DNA of 64,000 nucleotides from Alphaproteobacteria bacterium (GTDB lineage Bacteria; Pseudomonadota; Alphaproteobacteria; Bin95): NCBI GenBank assembly GCA_965205265.1, contig CBDBGH010000003.1, positions 2,144,001 to 2,208,000 of the forward strand, read 5' to 3'. Shown piece by piece: positions 8,926 to 24,597 of this stretch (position 1 is its first letter; each line of letters starts with the position of its first letter). The notes under the pieces were generated by a model. It saw only the letters and a program-made list of their open reading frames with translations, ran no database searches and was not told where the DNA came from. The position numbers and the translations under genes were made by a program.

Positions 8926-9982
8926 TTATCTGACTTATTGCCATTGCAATCCGGCCATGGACGTTCGCCTCATCCGAGGTCGCATCGCTACTCATACGCA
9001 TGAAATTATCATCCGATATCAACATCTCATACGCAGATCTCACACCTTCAATACTTACCTCGGGAGACTCCAGAATTGCCACCATTATAGCGTCGTAAAC
9101 TGCTACATTCATGGCTCTTTGTGGTCTAAACGCTCGACTCCCAAGGGCCTCATGTACGCGACCAATTGTATTAACAAATTGCTTGGCGAGTGTATTAGCA
9201 ACCTCTTCCTGCAGAAATCGATGTTTCTTCATGTAATCATTCAGAAACGCTTTCATTGGCTTTTCGTACGTGTTACGATTGTTGGCTAATGCTAAAAAAC
9301 GCAAAATAAGTTCTTGGTCCTTTGCACGCCTATGTTTCGATCCAAAAATTTCCCGCCAATTGGATTCTTCGTTGAGCGTACCAAGTAATGATTGAAATGG
9401 CCCGTTATAAATCGCAGCACGTATCTCTTGTGGCTGGAGTGGTGTTCCATTTGAATTCAATCGATCAAAGATGTAAAAAACGGAGCTGTTATTGTCATCT
9501 GGTGCTGTCTGTTGAATTATCATTGCATGTATTACTGCATCTTCAAATCGACGGTAATCTTCTTCCTCAAGATCATCAATTGTACGCCCCTCAAATCGGG
9601 ACTTCACGTCTTTCAAACGAAACACTCGGTCGTTATGCTGGAATCTTCCTTTGTGGAAGGCATGAAGAGTGGAAAGTCGTTGGAGTCCATCTACAATAAG
9701 ATGTTTCTGAGTACTGTCCTCCCGATAAAGGAATATGCTTGGAATCGGAAGTCCAAGAAGAATCGATTCGATAAATTTTGATGCTTGAGGCAAAGTCCAA
9801 ACGAAATTCCGTTGAAATTCTGGTCGAAAAATATCTCCTCTATCAAAACGTTTTACGAGACCATCTACAGTGTAATCAGCACCAAATGTATTTATCTGAT
9901 AGACAATATCCTCGTCTTGGAGCTCTTCGTCAACGTCTTCGATCAACTGTTCATTCTCGACATTATTGTCTTCTTCGTGCAT
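8912..9982 (-). CDS. DUF262 (GmrS/ParB-like) domain protein
   Basis: PEFQRNFVW, IESILLGLPIPSIF, IVDGLQRLSTL, IFDRLNSNGTPL. Confidence 0.9.
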   Translation of the reverse strand: MHEEDNNVENEQLIEDVDEELQDEDIVYQINTFGADYTVDGLVKRFDRGDIFRPEFQRNFVWTLPQASKFIESILLGLPIPSIFLYREDSTQKHLIVDGLQRLSTLHAFHKGRFQHNDRVFRLKDVKSRFEGRTIDDLEEEDYRRFEDAVIHAMIIQQTAPDDNNSSVFYIFDRLNSNGTPLQPQEIRAAIYNGPFQSLLGTLNEESNWREIFGSKHRRAKDQELILRFLALANNRNTYEKPMKAFLNDYMKKHRFLQEEVANTLAKQFVNTIGRVHEALGSRAFRPQRAMNVAVYDAIMVAILESPEVSIEGVRSAYEMLISDDNFMRMSSDATSDEANVHGRIAMAISQINAAA

Positions 9983-10198
9983 GGGTCTGCTCTACCAGTT
10001 AGCGAAAAGTTGGAGAAAAGCGCAAATCAACACGAGGTGCTAGAAGACGGTAGCTTGGTACGTTGACGCGAGTACCCATTCTATCATACTCTTCGAAAGA
10101 GTTGATCATGATCGATTCGCCGACTGTGCCCTGTATCGGGCGACTGCATCCTTATAACCTTAGGCGCGACGAGCCGCAATAGGCCGTGCATCCGCCCC

Positions 10199-12849
<2,651 letters not shown>

Positions 12850-12853
<4 letters not shown>

Positions 12854-13902
12854 GCCGCAAGGACGAAGGGTTCGAGCCCTGCAAGGCGCATGCGCCGCTC
12901 TATCCGGGGCGGCTTGCGCGGCGTCACACCGGCGACCGCGTCCGCGACAGCCTCGATATGCGCGGGCGTGGTGCCACAGCAGCCGCCGACCAGGTTCACC
13001 AGCCCGTCCCGCGCCCAGGCGCCCAGATGGGCCGCGGTCGTCTCCGGCGTCTCGTCATAGCCGCCGAAGGCGTTGGGCAGGCCGGCATTGGGATAAGCGG
13101 AGATCAGCGTGTCCGCGACGCGCGCCATATCGGCGAGGAAACCGCGCATCTGCTCCGCGCCGAGCGCGCAGTTGAGGCCGGCGGCGAAGGGCCGCGCATG
13201 GCGCACGGAATACCAGAAGGCCTCCGGCGTCTGCCCGGAGAGCGTGCGGCCCGAAAGGTCCACTACCGTGCCGGAAACGATCACCGGCAGGCGGCGGCCG
13301 CGCGCCTCGAACACTTCCTCCACGGCATAGAGCGCAGCCTTGGCGTTCAGCGTGTCGAACACCGTCTCGATGACGATGAGGTCAGCGCCTCCGTCCATCA
13401 GGCCCTCGGCGTTCTCCCGGTAGGCGGCGCGGAGCGTGTCGAAATCGGCGTTGCGCGCCGCCGGGTCTTCGACATCGGGGGAGATGGAGGCTGTGCGGTT
13501 GGTCGGCCCGATAGCGCCCGCAACCCAGCGCGGCCTCCCGTCCCGGCGCCCGTCCACGGCGGCGCGGGCGATCCGAGCCGACGCCTCGGCGACCTCGCGG
13601 GCGAGGCCTTCCATGCCGTAATCGGCAAGGCTTATCCGGTTGGCGTTGAAGCTGTTGGTCTCGATTATGTCCGCGCCGGCGTCGAGGAAGATGTTGTGGA
13701 TGTCGGCGATGGCGTCCGGCAGTGTCAGGCTCAACAGGTCGTTATTGCCCTTCACGTCCTGCGGCCAGTCGGCGAAGCGCGCGCCGCGGAAGTCGGCCTC
13801 CTCCAGGCCGAGCTGCTGGATCATGGTGCCCATCGCGCCGTCCAGCACGAGGATGCGTTCCGCGGCCGCTGCTTCCAGCGCCGCTCCCCTGTCTTCCGCC
13901 AT
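12850..13902 (-). CDS. metH: Methionine synthase homocysteine-binding domain (N-terminal half of split MetH)
   Basis: [39 protein letters not shown]; ATGA overlap with the downstream half. Confidence 0.93.
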
Positions 13903-14021
13903 AGCCTCCAAAGCCGCTTTCGGGCCGATCTCGAACCGCCCGGAGGTATAGCCGCTTCCTCCGCAGGCGCAAGCGGAGGGCAGATGCCGGCGGGCGGGAA
14001 ACATGCTAAGCGGCCCGGACC

Positions 14022-14546
14022 ATGGATATTCTCGCCGTCCTTGTCCGCGCCGCCTTCCGGCTCCTCAGGCAGCAGCGCCGGCGACAGCCCGGCCGCGCGC
14101 GGCATACGCCCGCACCCGAGGTCGGAGGCATCATCGCCGGCAAGGCCTGGGTGACGGATGGCGACGGGCTCCGGGTCTCCGGCCACAGGGTCCGCTTCTC
14201 CGGCCTCGACGCCCCGGAACTGGACCAGTGGGCGAAACACCGCGACGGCACTTGGTTCAAGCACGGCAAACGGGTCAAACGCGCGCTCATCCGCGCCGTG
14301 GGCGGCCGGCATGTCGAGGTATCCGTGGAAGGGATCGACCGGCATGGCCGCTTGCTGGGCTGCGTGACCTGCGACGGCAAGGATGTAGGCGCCTGGCTCG
14401 TCCGCAACGGCCACGCCATCGCCGCCTATGGAGATCGCTACAAGGGAGTCGAGCAGGAAGCCCGCCGGGAAGGGCGCGGCCTCTGGGGCCACGATGTCGC
14501 CTTCGACCCGCGATACTGGCGGCACAGGCAGGCGGGGCGGAGGTAA
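14022..14546 (+). CDS. Thermonuclease (SNase-like) family protein
   Basis: [45 protein letters not shown]. Confidence 0.88.
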   Translation: MDILAVLVRAAFRLLRQQRRRQPGRARHTPAPEVGGIIAGKAWVTDGDGLRVSGHRVRFSGLDAPELDQWAKHRDGTWFKHGKRVKRALIRAVGGRHVEVSVEGIDRHGRLLGCVTCDGKDVGAWLVRNGHAIAAYGDRYKGVEQEARREGRGLWGHDVAFDPRYWRHRQAGRR

Positions 14547-14604
14547 AGCCGCCGCGCGCCGGCTTGCGATGCGGGCCCGGCTGCCGGGCCCGCTCGACGT
14601 TGCG

Positions 14605-15087
14605 TCAGCCGCCCGCCTTCCTCCGCGACTCATATAGGTCGATCAGCTTCAGCACGTCGGCGGCGTCCATGCGGCCTAGCGGGCCGTCGCTGTAGCTGGA
14701 CGCTTCAACTGTGCCATTCCCGTCGAGGATGAACTCGGAGGGCTGGACGATGCCGCGGCGCTCCTCCCACCACGCGCCGACCCGCTCCCCGTCCGCGCGC
14801 GTCATGCCGTATGCGAAGGGGAAGCTCTTGCCGTCCGCCAGTTTGCGGGCGTTGTCCTCATCGTCCACGCTGCCGGCGAGGATGGAGACGCCGCGCGCCT
14901 CGAACTCCGGCCACAATTCCTGGAAACCGTCCAACTGACGGCGGCAATAAGGTCACCAGTGGCCGCGGTAGAACAGCACCACCTTCCAGGCGCCCGGTAT
15001 GTCGGCGGGCACTTCCGCCGGCCCCCGGTCCAGCAGGTTCAGCGAAAGGGCCGGAAATGCGGCGCCGATCCCCAGCTTCTCACCCAT
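14605..15087 (-). CDS. Peroxiredoxin-like (AhpC/TSA) selenoprotein, UxxC motif, 160 aa
   Basis: ATG at 15087 with purine-rich RBS; reads MGEKLGIGAAFP...VVLFYRGHW-UGA(14953-14955)-PYCRRQL... in frame with the 14605-14934 ORF; UGA occupies the first Cys of the FYRGxWCPYC motif. Confidence 0.88.
14927..14941 (-). promoter_or_regulatory. SECIS-like hairpin of the peroxiredoxin-like gene
   Basis: CCGUC-AGUUG-GACGG, starting 12 nt after the UGA, with GU in the apical loop. Confidence 0.6.
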
Positions 15088-15154
15088 CGGTTGTCCCCCT
15101 CTCTATATCCGACGCCGCCATCCTGACACGCACGCGGCAGCGGGGCAATCGCCG

Positions 15155-15685
15155 CTACCCGGCCGCGTCGCAGGTCCTCGTCGGCAGGCCGGGCCCGCCG
15201 GTGCGGGCGCTGCGGCGTTCGAACAGCAGCACGTCGTGCCAGACGCCGTCCAGATGCCCGTAGCGCTCCCGGCAGCCGACCTCGCGGAAGCCGCATTTCC
15301 GGTGGAGCGCGATGCTGGGCTCGTTGGCGACCATGATCTGCGCCTGGAGCGTCCAATAGCCTTCCGCCTCGGAGGCCGCGATCAGGCCTTCCAGCAGGGC
15401 AGTTCCGGTCCCCGACCCTTGCGCGCTTTCGCCGACATAGACGCTGACCTCAGCGACACCGGCAGCGCCTCAGGTGTCGGGCGCGGGCGTCAGCGCCGCC
15501 CAGCCGACCGCGCGGCCGTCATCGCCGCGCACGACCAGCCTGCCGATAGCCAGATGGCCCTTGTTCCACGCCTTCCAGCTCGGCGGGTTCTTCATGAAAG
15601 CGGCGATGCCCGTCCTCAGGCCCGTGCGGTAGATGGCGCGGACCTCGGGCCAGTCGCTGTCCCGCATCGCGTCGATGACGATCAT
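15155..15685 (-). CDS. GNAT N-acetyltransferase (phosphinothricin/ArsN1/YncA-like) with in-frame UGA, putative selenoprotein, 176 aa
   Basis: ...GWAALTPAPDT-UGA(15470-15472)-GAAGVAEVSVYVGESAQGSGTGTALL...NEPSIALHRKCGFREVG...VWHDVLLFERRS; the frame stays open to TAG at 15155. Confidence 0.8.
15431..15463 (-). promoter_or_regulatory. SECIS-like hairpin of the GNAT gene
   Basis: Upper stem CGCUG-AGGU-CAGCG on lower stem GCCGG/UCGGC, starting 7 nt after the UGA. Confidence 0.6.
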
Positions 15686-15790
15686 CGGCCGGGTTCCATC
15701 TGTTCCTTCTGCGGCATTGCCGGCAATTCTGTGCGCCCGCCGGTCCGGCCGGTCAAGAGGCTGTATTGGCTCTTGACTCGGCCGTGATTA

Positions 15791-15805
15791 GAACAAATAT
15801 TGAAC
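15791..15805 (+). promoter_or_regulatory. Alphaproteobacterial LexA (SOS) box
   Basis: GAAC-aaatatt-GAAC just before the imuA ATG; TTGACT -35-like hexamer at 15773. Confidence 0.85.
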
Positions 15806-15807
15806 TA

Positions 15808-16635
15808 ATGTTGCCTATATGCCCCCGAAAGAACCCCGCCGGCCTTGCCGTGCTGCGCCGGCGGATCGCGCTGCTGGAGCGCCGGACGGCGGTTGCGGAG
15901 CCGGTGGGAGGCGGGGCGGCGGAAGCCTGGCAGCTCGGCCCGGACGCCCTGGATGCGGCCCTGCCGGAAGGCGGGCTGGCGCCGGGCGGGCTGCACGAGG
16001 CGGCGGGCGCGGCGGCGGGGGACGGGCCGGCGGCCGGCGCCTTCCTCGCCGCCCTGCTCGCCCGGCTCCGGCGCCGGGACGAACGGCGCGCCGTGCTGGT
16101 CTGCCAGAGCCGGATGAGTCCCTTCGGCCGGCTTTACGGGCCGGGCTGGCGGGACCTCGGCCTCGAACCGGCTGACCTGCTGCTGCTCTCCGCCCGCCGC
16201 GACCGGGATGTCGCCTGGGCGATGGAGGAGGGATTGCGCAGCGCTTCCCTGGCAGCGGTGCTGGGCGAGGTCGAAAGCCTCGATTTCACCCTGAGCCGCC
16301 GGCTCGCGCTCGCCGCCCGCGAGAGCCTGACTCCCGCCCTGCTACTGCGCCGCGACGGCCTCGCGCCCGCAAGCGCCGCCTTCTCGCGCTGGCGGGTCGC
16401 GGCGCTGCCCCCGGATCGGGGTACGGGGCGGGCCGATCCATTCGACGCGGCCGCGCCCGGCCTGCCGCGCTGGCGTCTGGAACTGCTGCGCTGCCGGGGC
16501 GGGCGGCCTGCAACATGCGATGTGGAATGGAACCATGAGACGGCTGATTTCGGTGTGGCTGCCGCGCTGGCCGATCGACCGGCTGCGCCGCGCGCGGCGG
16601 CCCGCCGCCCTGCCCTCGCGCGCGCCGCCGGCTGA
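15808..16635 (+). CDS. imuA: ImuA (RecA/SulA-like) mutagenesis protein
   Basis: LDAALPEGGLAPGGLHE, WAMEEGLRS, SRRLALAA, WRLELLRCRGG. Confidence 0.9.
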   Translation: MLPICPRKNPAGLAVLRRRIALLERRTAVAEPVGGGAAEAWQLGPDALDAALPEGGLAPGGLHEAAGAAAGDGPAAGAFLAALLARLRRRDERRAVLVCQSRMSPFGRLYGPGWRDLGLEPADLLLLSARRDRDVAWAMEEGLRSASLAAVLGEVESLDFTLSRRLALAARESLTPALLLRRDGLAPASAAFSRWRVAALPPDRGTGRADPFDAAAPGLPRWRLELLRCRGGRPATCDVEWNHETADFGVAAALADRPAAPRAAARRPALARAAG

Positions 16636-18087
16636 GCCGGTGCCGTTCGCGCTCACCGCGCCCGGCCGCCACGGCGCGGTGCTGGCGGCGGTCAACCGGC
16701 AGGCTGAGGCCGAGGGGCTCGCGCCCGGCATGCGGCTTGCCGACGCCCGCGCCCTGCTGCCCCGCCTCGCCGCCGCCGAAGCCCGGTCGGCGGAGGACCG
16801 GCGCGGGCTCGAACGCCTCGCGCTCTGGTGCAACCGCTTCACCCCCTGCTGCGCGGTGGACGGCGCGGACGGCCTGATGCTCGACATTGCGGGCGCCGAC
16901 CATCTCTTCGGCGGCGAGACGGCGATGACGGCGGAGGTCGAGGCGCGCATCGTCGGCCTCGGCTTCGAAGCGTGGACCGGCCTTGCCGACACGCCGGGAG
17001 CCGCCTGGGCGCTCGCCCGCTTTGGCCGGGAAGGCAGCCGCATTGCCGCGCCCGGCGCCGCCCTTGCCGCGCTCAAGGCGCTGCCGGTCGAGGCGCTCCG
17101 GATCGCGCCGGAGGACGCCCGCCTGCTGCGCCGCCTCGGCCTCAAGACCGTCGGCGCGGTGGAGGTCCTGCCGCGCGCGGCCCTCGCGCGCCGGTTCCCC
17201 CGTGGGAAGTCGAGCGACACCGTTCTGGAACGCCTCGACCGCGCGCTCGGCCGCCGCCCCGATCCGGTCGCGTCCCTGCCGCCGCCGCCCGCCTGCCTCG
17301 CGCGCCTTGCCTTCCCGGAACCGCTGATCGACCTTGCCGGGCTGGAGTCGGCGCTCGCCCGGCTCGTGGAAGACCTTTCCGCCTCGCTGGAGCGGGACGG
17401 GCTCGGCGCGCGGGAACTCGCGCTGCTGTTCTGCCGGGTGGATGGCGACGCAGCGGAGCGCGGCGTTTCGACCGCGCGCGCCACTCGCGACGGGGCGCAT
17501 CTCCAGCGCCTCTTCACCGGGAAGATCGAGACCGTGGACCCCGGCTTCGGGATCGACGCGATGGCGCTCCATGCCGTCCGCGCCGAGCCTCTTGCGCCCG
17601 AACAATTCCGGCTGGCGGAAGGCGGGCGCGGCAGCGGCGAGCTCGGCCTGCTGATCGACCGCTTGCAGGCCCGCCTGGGCGAAGGGGCGGTCTCCCGCCT
17701 CGCGCCGGTCGCAAGCCACCTGCCGGAACGCGCCGAACGGCGGATGGCGCCCGGCCGGGGAGGTGCGGCCTGGCCCGTGCGGCCGGGCCTGCCGCAACGC
17801 CCCTTCCGCCTGTTCGACCGGCCCGAACCGGTAGAGGCCGTGGCCGAGGTGCCGGACGGGCCGCCGGCGTTGTTCGCCTGGCGCCGGCTCCGCCGCCGCA
17901 TCGCCCACGCCGAAGGTCCCGAGCGCATCGAGCCGGAATGGTGGGCCGGCGGCCCGGAGGATACGCCGCGCGACTATTTCCGCGCCGAGGACACGGAAGG
18001 CCGGCGCTACTGGCTCTTCCGCGCCGGGCTCTACCGGGACGCCGGCAGCAAGGGGCCACCCCGCTGGTATATCCACGGACTCTACGG

Positions 18088-18091
<4 letters not shown>
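16535..18091 (+). CDS. imuB: ImuB, inactive Y-family polymerase
   Basis: MRRLISVWLPRW, GMRLADARA, DPGFGID, GPERIEPEWW, RDYFRAED. Confidence 0.92.
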
Positions 18092-21312
<3,221 letters not shown>

Positions 21313-21395
21313 GGCGGGCTGACGAAACCGCGTATGGCGGCGGAACCAACGATATGCGAGACTGTCCGGAGCCGGAGAGGAGAAAGCACGAAGCC

Positions 21396-21620
21396 ATGAC
21401 CCCGGAGATCATCGCAACGCTGGTCGCCGCCGTCGGCATGGTTGCGGCCCTTGGCGGACTGACGGTCAGCCTCTTTCTCTGGCTGCGCTCTGACATAAAG
21501 TCGATTGAGACGAGAGTAACCGACCTCGGTGAACGAATGGCGCGGGTCGAAGGTAAGCTCGAATTCCTCGAGCACTATATCACCCGGCAGAACGAGCCGC
21601 CGCCGGCACCGGCCGAATAG
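21396..21620 (+). CDS. Small membrane-anchored coiled-coil protein
   Basis: MTPEIIATL hydrophobic helix, then LRSDIKSIETRV...RMARVEGKLE; purine-rich RBS region. Confidence 0.65.
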   Translation: MTPEIIATLVAAVGMVAALGGLTVSLFLWLRSDIKSIETRVTDLGERMARVEGKLEFLEHYITRQNEPPPAPAE

Positions 21621-21710
21621 AGCATCAGTCCGGCTGCGAATTCCCCTGCCGCCCGAAACCGCCTACGCTCCCGCTTCCGGAATATGGCAGGGACGGAAGG
21701 AAGCGGCGCG

Positions 21711-23312
21711 ATGGCGGAAGCTGAGTTCGATTATATCGTCGTGGGCGCGGGGTCTGCGGGGGCAGCGCTCGCCAGCCGGCTGACCGAGGACCCGAATTGC
21801 AAGGTGCTGCTGCTGGAGGCCGGCAAGGCGAGCCACCCCTACTCCCGCTTCCCGATCAGCTTCGGGCTCCTGATCGACAACCCGGCCGCCAACTGGTGCT
21901 TCATGTCCGACCCGGAGCCGACCACCGCAAACCGGGAAATCCCGGTGCCGCGCGGCAAGCTGCTCGGCGGGTCCAGCAGCATCAACGGCCTCGTCTATGT
22001 GCGTGGCCAGCCGCTCGACTACAACAGCTGGGCGCAGATGGGCAATCGCGGCTGGACCTGGGAGGACGTGGCGCCCGTCTTCAAGCGCATGGAGAGCTAC
22101 GAGAAGGCCGGAGACGGCATCAGGGGCGAGGACGGCCCGCTCCAGGTCACCGAGGTTCCGGACCGGAACCCGCTCTACGATGCGTTGTTCGCCGCCGCCG
22201 AAGAGGTCGGCCACAAGATCAACCCGGACTACAACAGCCCCGACCAGGAAGGCGTGGTCAAGACGCAGGTGACGATCAAGAACGGGCGGCGCATGTCCAC
22301 CGCCCATTGCTACCTGAAGCCTGCCGAGAACCGCCCGAACCTCCGGATCGTGACGGAAGCGCATACCCGCCGCGTGCTGCTGGAGGGCAAGCGCTGCGTC
22401 GGCGTCGCCTATGAGAAGGGCGGGCAAACGGTCGAGGCGCGGGCCGGGCGCGAGACGGTGCTCGCCGCAGGCGCCGTCTGCTCGCCGCAGATCCTGGAAC
22501 TATCCGGCATCGGCCGCCCGGAGGTGCTGGGTGCGCACGGCATAGAGGTGCAGCACGAACTGGCCGGCGTCGGGGAGAACTTCCGCGACCACATCAACGC
22601 CCGCATCCAGTGGCGGGTGACGGCGAAGGGCGTGTCCTACAACGAGCGCATGGGCACGCTGTTCGGCAAGGCCGGCCAGGTGCTGCGCTACGCCTTCACG
22701 CGCGGCGGATTCATGAGCCTGCCCTCCGCGCCGCTGCTCGCCTTCCTGCGCACCCGGCCGGAGCTGGAGACGCCGGATGTGCAGATGCACCTGGTGCCCT
22801 ATGCCGTGAAGGACCCGAAGCGCCGGCTGCTCCAGCCCTTCCCCAGCATGACCATCGCCTGCTACCAGCTGCGGCCCGAGAGCCTGGGCTCGATCCACAT
22901 CCGCTCGGCCGACCCGGACGCGCAGCCGGCGATCCGGTTCAACTTCCTGGCCGACGAGATCGACCGGCGGGCTATGACCGGCGGCTTCCGCATGATGCGG
23001 GAACTCATGGCGGCCGAAGCGATGGCGCCCTTCCGGGGCGCGGAATTCGACCCCGGCGAGGACGTGGCGAGCGACGACGAGATCCTGGACTGGATCCGCA
23101 ACAACTCGCAGACCGCCTACCACCCCATCGGCACCTGCCGCATGGGGCCCGGTCCGGAGGCCGTGGTCGATGACCGGCTCAGGGTGCATGGACTGGAGGG
23201 CCTGAGGATCGCGGACGCCTCGATCTTCCCGACCATGCCGTCGGGCAACACCAATGCGCCCTCGATCATGATCGGCGAACGCTGCGCCGACTTCCTGCGC
23301 GCCGGCGAATAG
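21711..23312 (+). CDS. GMC oxidoreductase (choline dehydrogenase-like)
   Basis: DYIVVGAGSAG, RGKLLGGSSSING, YHPIGTCRMG, GNTNAPSIMIGER. Confidence 0.93.
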   Translation: MAEAEFDYIVVGAGSAGAALASRLTEDPNCKVLLLEAGKASHPYSRFPISFGLLIDNPAANWCFMSDPEPTTANREIPVPRGKLLGGSSSINGLVYVRGQPLDYNSWAQMGNRGWTWEDVAPVFKRMESYEKAGDGIRGEDGPLQVTEVPDRNPLYDALFAAAEEVGHKINPDYNSPDQEGVVKTQVTIKNGRRMSTAHCYLKPAENRPNLRIVTEAHTRRVLLEGKRCVGVAYEKGGQTVEARAGRETVLAAGAVCSPQILELSGIGRPEVLGAHGIEVQHELAGVGENFRDHINARIQWRVTAKGVSYNERMGTLFGKAGQVLRYAFTRGGFMSLPSAPLLAFLRTRPELETPDVQMHLVPYAVKDPKRRLLQPFPSMTIACYQLRPESLGSIHIRSADPDAQPAIRFNFLADEIDRRAMTGGFRMMRELMAAEAMAPFRGAEFDPGEDVASDDEILDWIRNNSQTAYHPIGTCRMGPGPEAVVDDRLRVHGLEGLRIADASIFPTMPSGNTNAPSIMIGERCADFLRAGE

Positions 23313-23325
23313 CCGGGCGCAGGCC

Positions 23326-24501
23326 CTATTTCGGCGGGTGGGCGCGGACGGCGTCCTCGTTCACCTCGGCGCCCCAGCCCGGCCCTGTCGGCAGGATGAG
23401 TTCGCCGTTCTCGATCCGGGGCGGCACCGTCACGAGGTCGTCCTTCCACGGCACGTCGTCGATGTCGATCTCCATGATGCGGAAATTCGGCACGGTCGCG
23501 CAGAGATGCGCGCTCATCAGCGTCGAGAGATGGCCGTAGAAATTGTGCGGTGCGATGTTGACCTCCCAGGCGTCGCACATGGCGGCGATCTTGAGGCTCT
23601 CGCTGAAGCCGTTCCAGGGCACGTCGATAATCGCCGCGTCCATGGAATAGCGTTCCAGGAAGGGCCGGAACTGGCGGCGCCCATATAGCGATTCGCAGGA
23701 CGCGATGGGCGTTTCGACGGACCGGCGGATCATGGCCAGCCCCTCCGGGTCGTAATTGTCGATCTCGATCCAGTAGAGGCCCAGATCGTCGAGCGCGCGG
23801 GCGAGCGCCATGTAGCCGTCGGTGCGGAAGTTGAAATTGAGGTCCACGAGGATATCGACCCGGCCGCCGCTGCCCTCCTGGAAAGCCGAGATCTGGTTGC
23901 GGAGCGCGCGCACCGTCTCGCGCGAGAGGTTGAGCTCCGGCCGGTCGCCGGCCGCGCGCGCGAAGCCTGGCATGTAGACATAGGGCTCGGGGCCGTCGAA
24001 TCGGTACATGTTGCACTTCAGCGCCGTAAAGCCGCGTTCCCGCACCCGTGCGCCCAGCGCCTCCACATCGTCGAGGCTCCGCAGCGGCTGCTCGCCGATC
24101 ACGTCCGCATGGTTCACCAGATAGGTGCCGCAGTGGGACCAGTAGAGCCGGAACCGGTCGCGCACCGGCCCGCCGAACAGCTCATAGACCGGCACGCCGA
24201 GCGCCTTCGCCTTGATGTCGAGCAGCGCGTTCTCGATGGCGGCGATGGCCTGGGCGTTCATGCCGCCCGGCGCCTGGCGCGTCTGCGCGTAGAGCATGGC
24301 GCCGATCCGCTCGACCGGCCGGGGGTCGGCCCCGACAAGCGTCTCGCCGAGCGCGGCAATGACCGCGCTCAGGCCCCGGCTGCCATAGCTCTCATTGTAT
24401 TCCGACCAGCCGACCAGCCCTTCGTCGGTGGTGATCTTCAGGAAGGAAATGTTCCGCCAGCCGGCGTCCGCATGCAGGTTCTCGAATCCCCGGATCTTCA
24501 T
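23326..24501 (-). CDS. Mandelate racemase/MLE (acid-sugar dehydratase-like) enolase-superfamily protein
   Basis: AIENALLDIKAKALGVPVYELFGG, PNFRIMEID, PGWGAEVNE. Confidence 0.9.
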   Translation of the reverse strand: MKIRGFENLHADAGWRNISFLKITTDEGLVGWSEYNESYGSRGLSAVIAALGETLVGADPRPVERIGAMLYAQTRQAPGGMNAQAIAAIENALLDIKAKALGVPVYELFGGPVRDRFRLYWSHCGTYLVNHADVIGEQPLRSLDDVEALGARVRERGFTALKCNMYRFDGPEPYVYMPGFARAAGDRPELNLSRETVRALRNQISAFQEGSGGRVDILVDLNFNFRTDGYMALARALDDLGLYWIEIDNYDPEGLAMIRRSVETPIASCESLYGRRQFRPFLERYSMDAAIIDVPWNGFSESLKIAAMCDAWEVNIAPHNFYGHLSTLMSAHLCATVPNFRIMEIDIDDVPWKDDLVTVPPRIENGELILPTGPGWGAEVNEDAVRAHPPK

Positions 24502-24597
24502 CGGCCTTGCCCCCTTCTTTTCCCTCTACAGACCGCCCGGGCGACTATGGCACGGTTTGCGCGGGCGTTCGACGGCACGGCTCTTGCGCCCCCGGGA

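Noticed and set aside
13903-14021. Cobalamin or SAM riboswitch upstream of metH
   Set aside because: The intergenic region is short and has no recognisable B12 box or SAM motif.
16535-16635. 100-bp imuA/imuB overlap
   Set aside because: Overlap is usual in this cassette and depends on the start choice.
16828-18087. Apparent 420-aa N-terminal extension of DnaE2
   Set aside because: It is an alternative frame over imuB; the real start is the ATG at 18088 overlapping the imuB stop.
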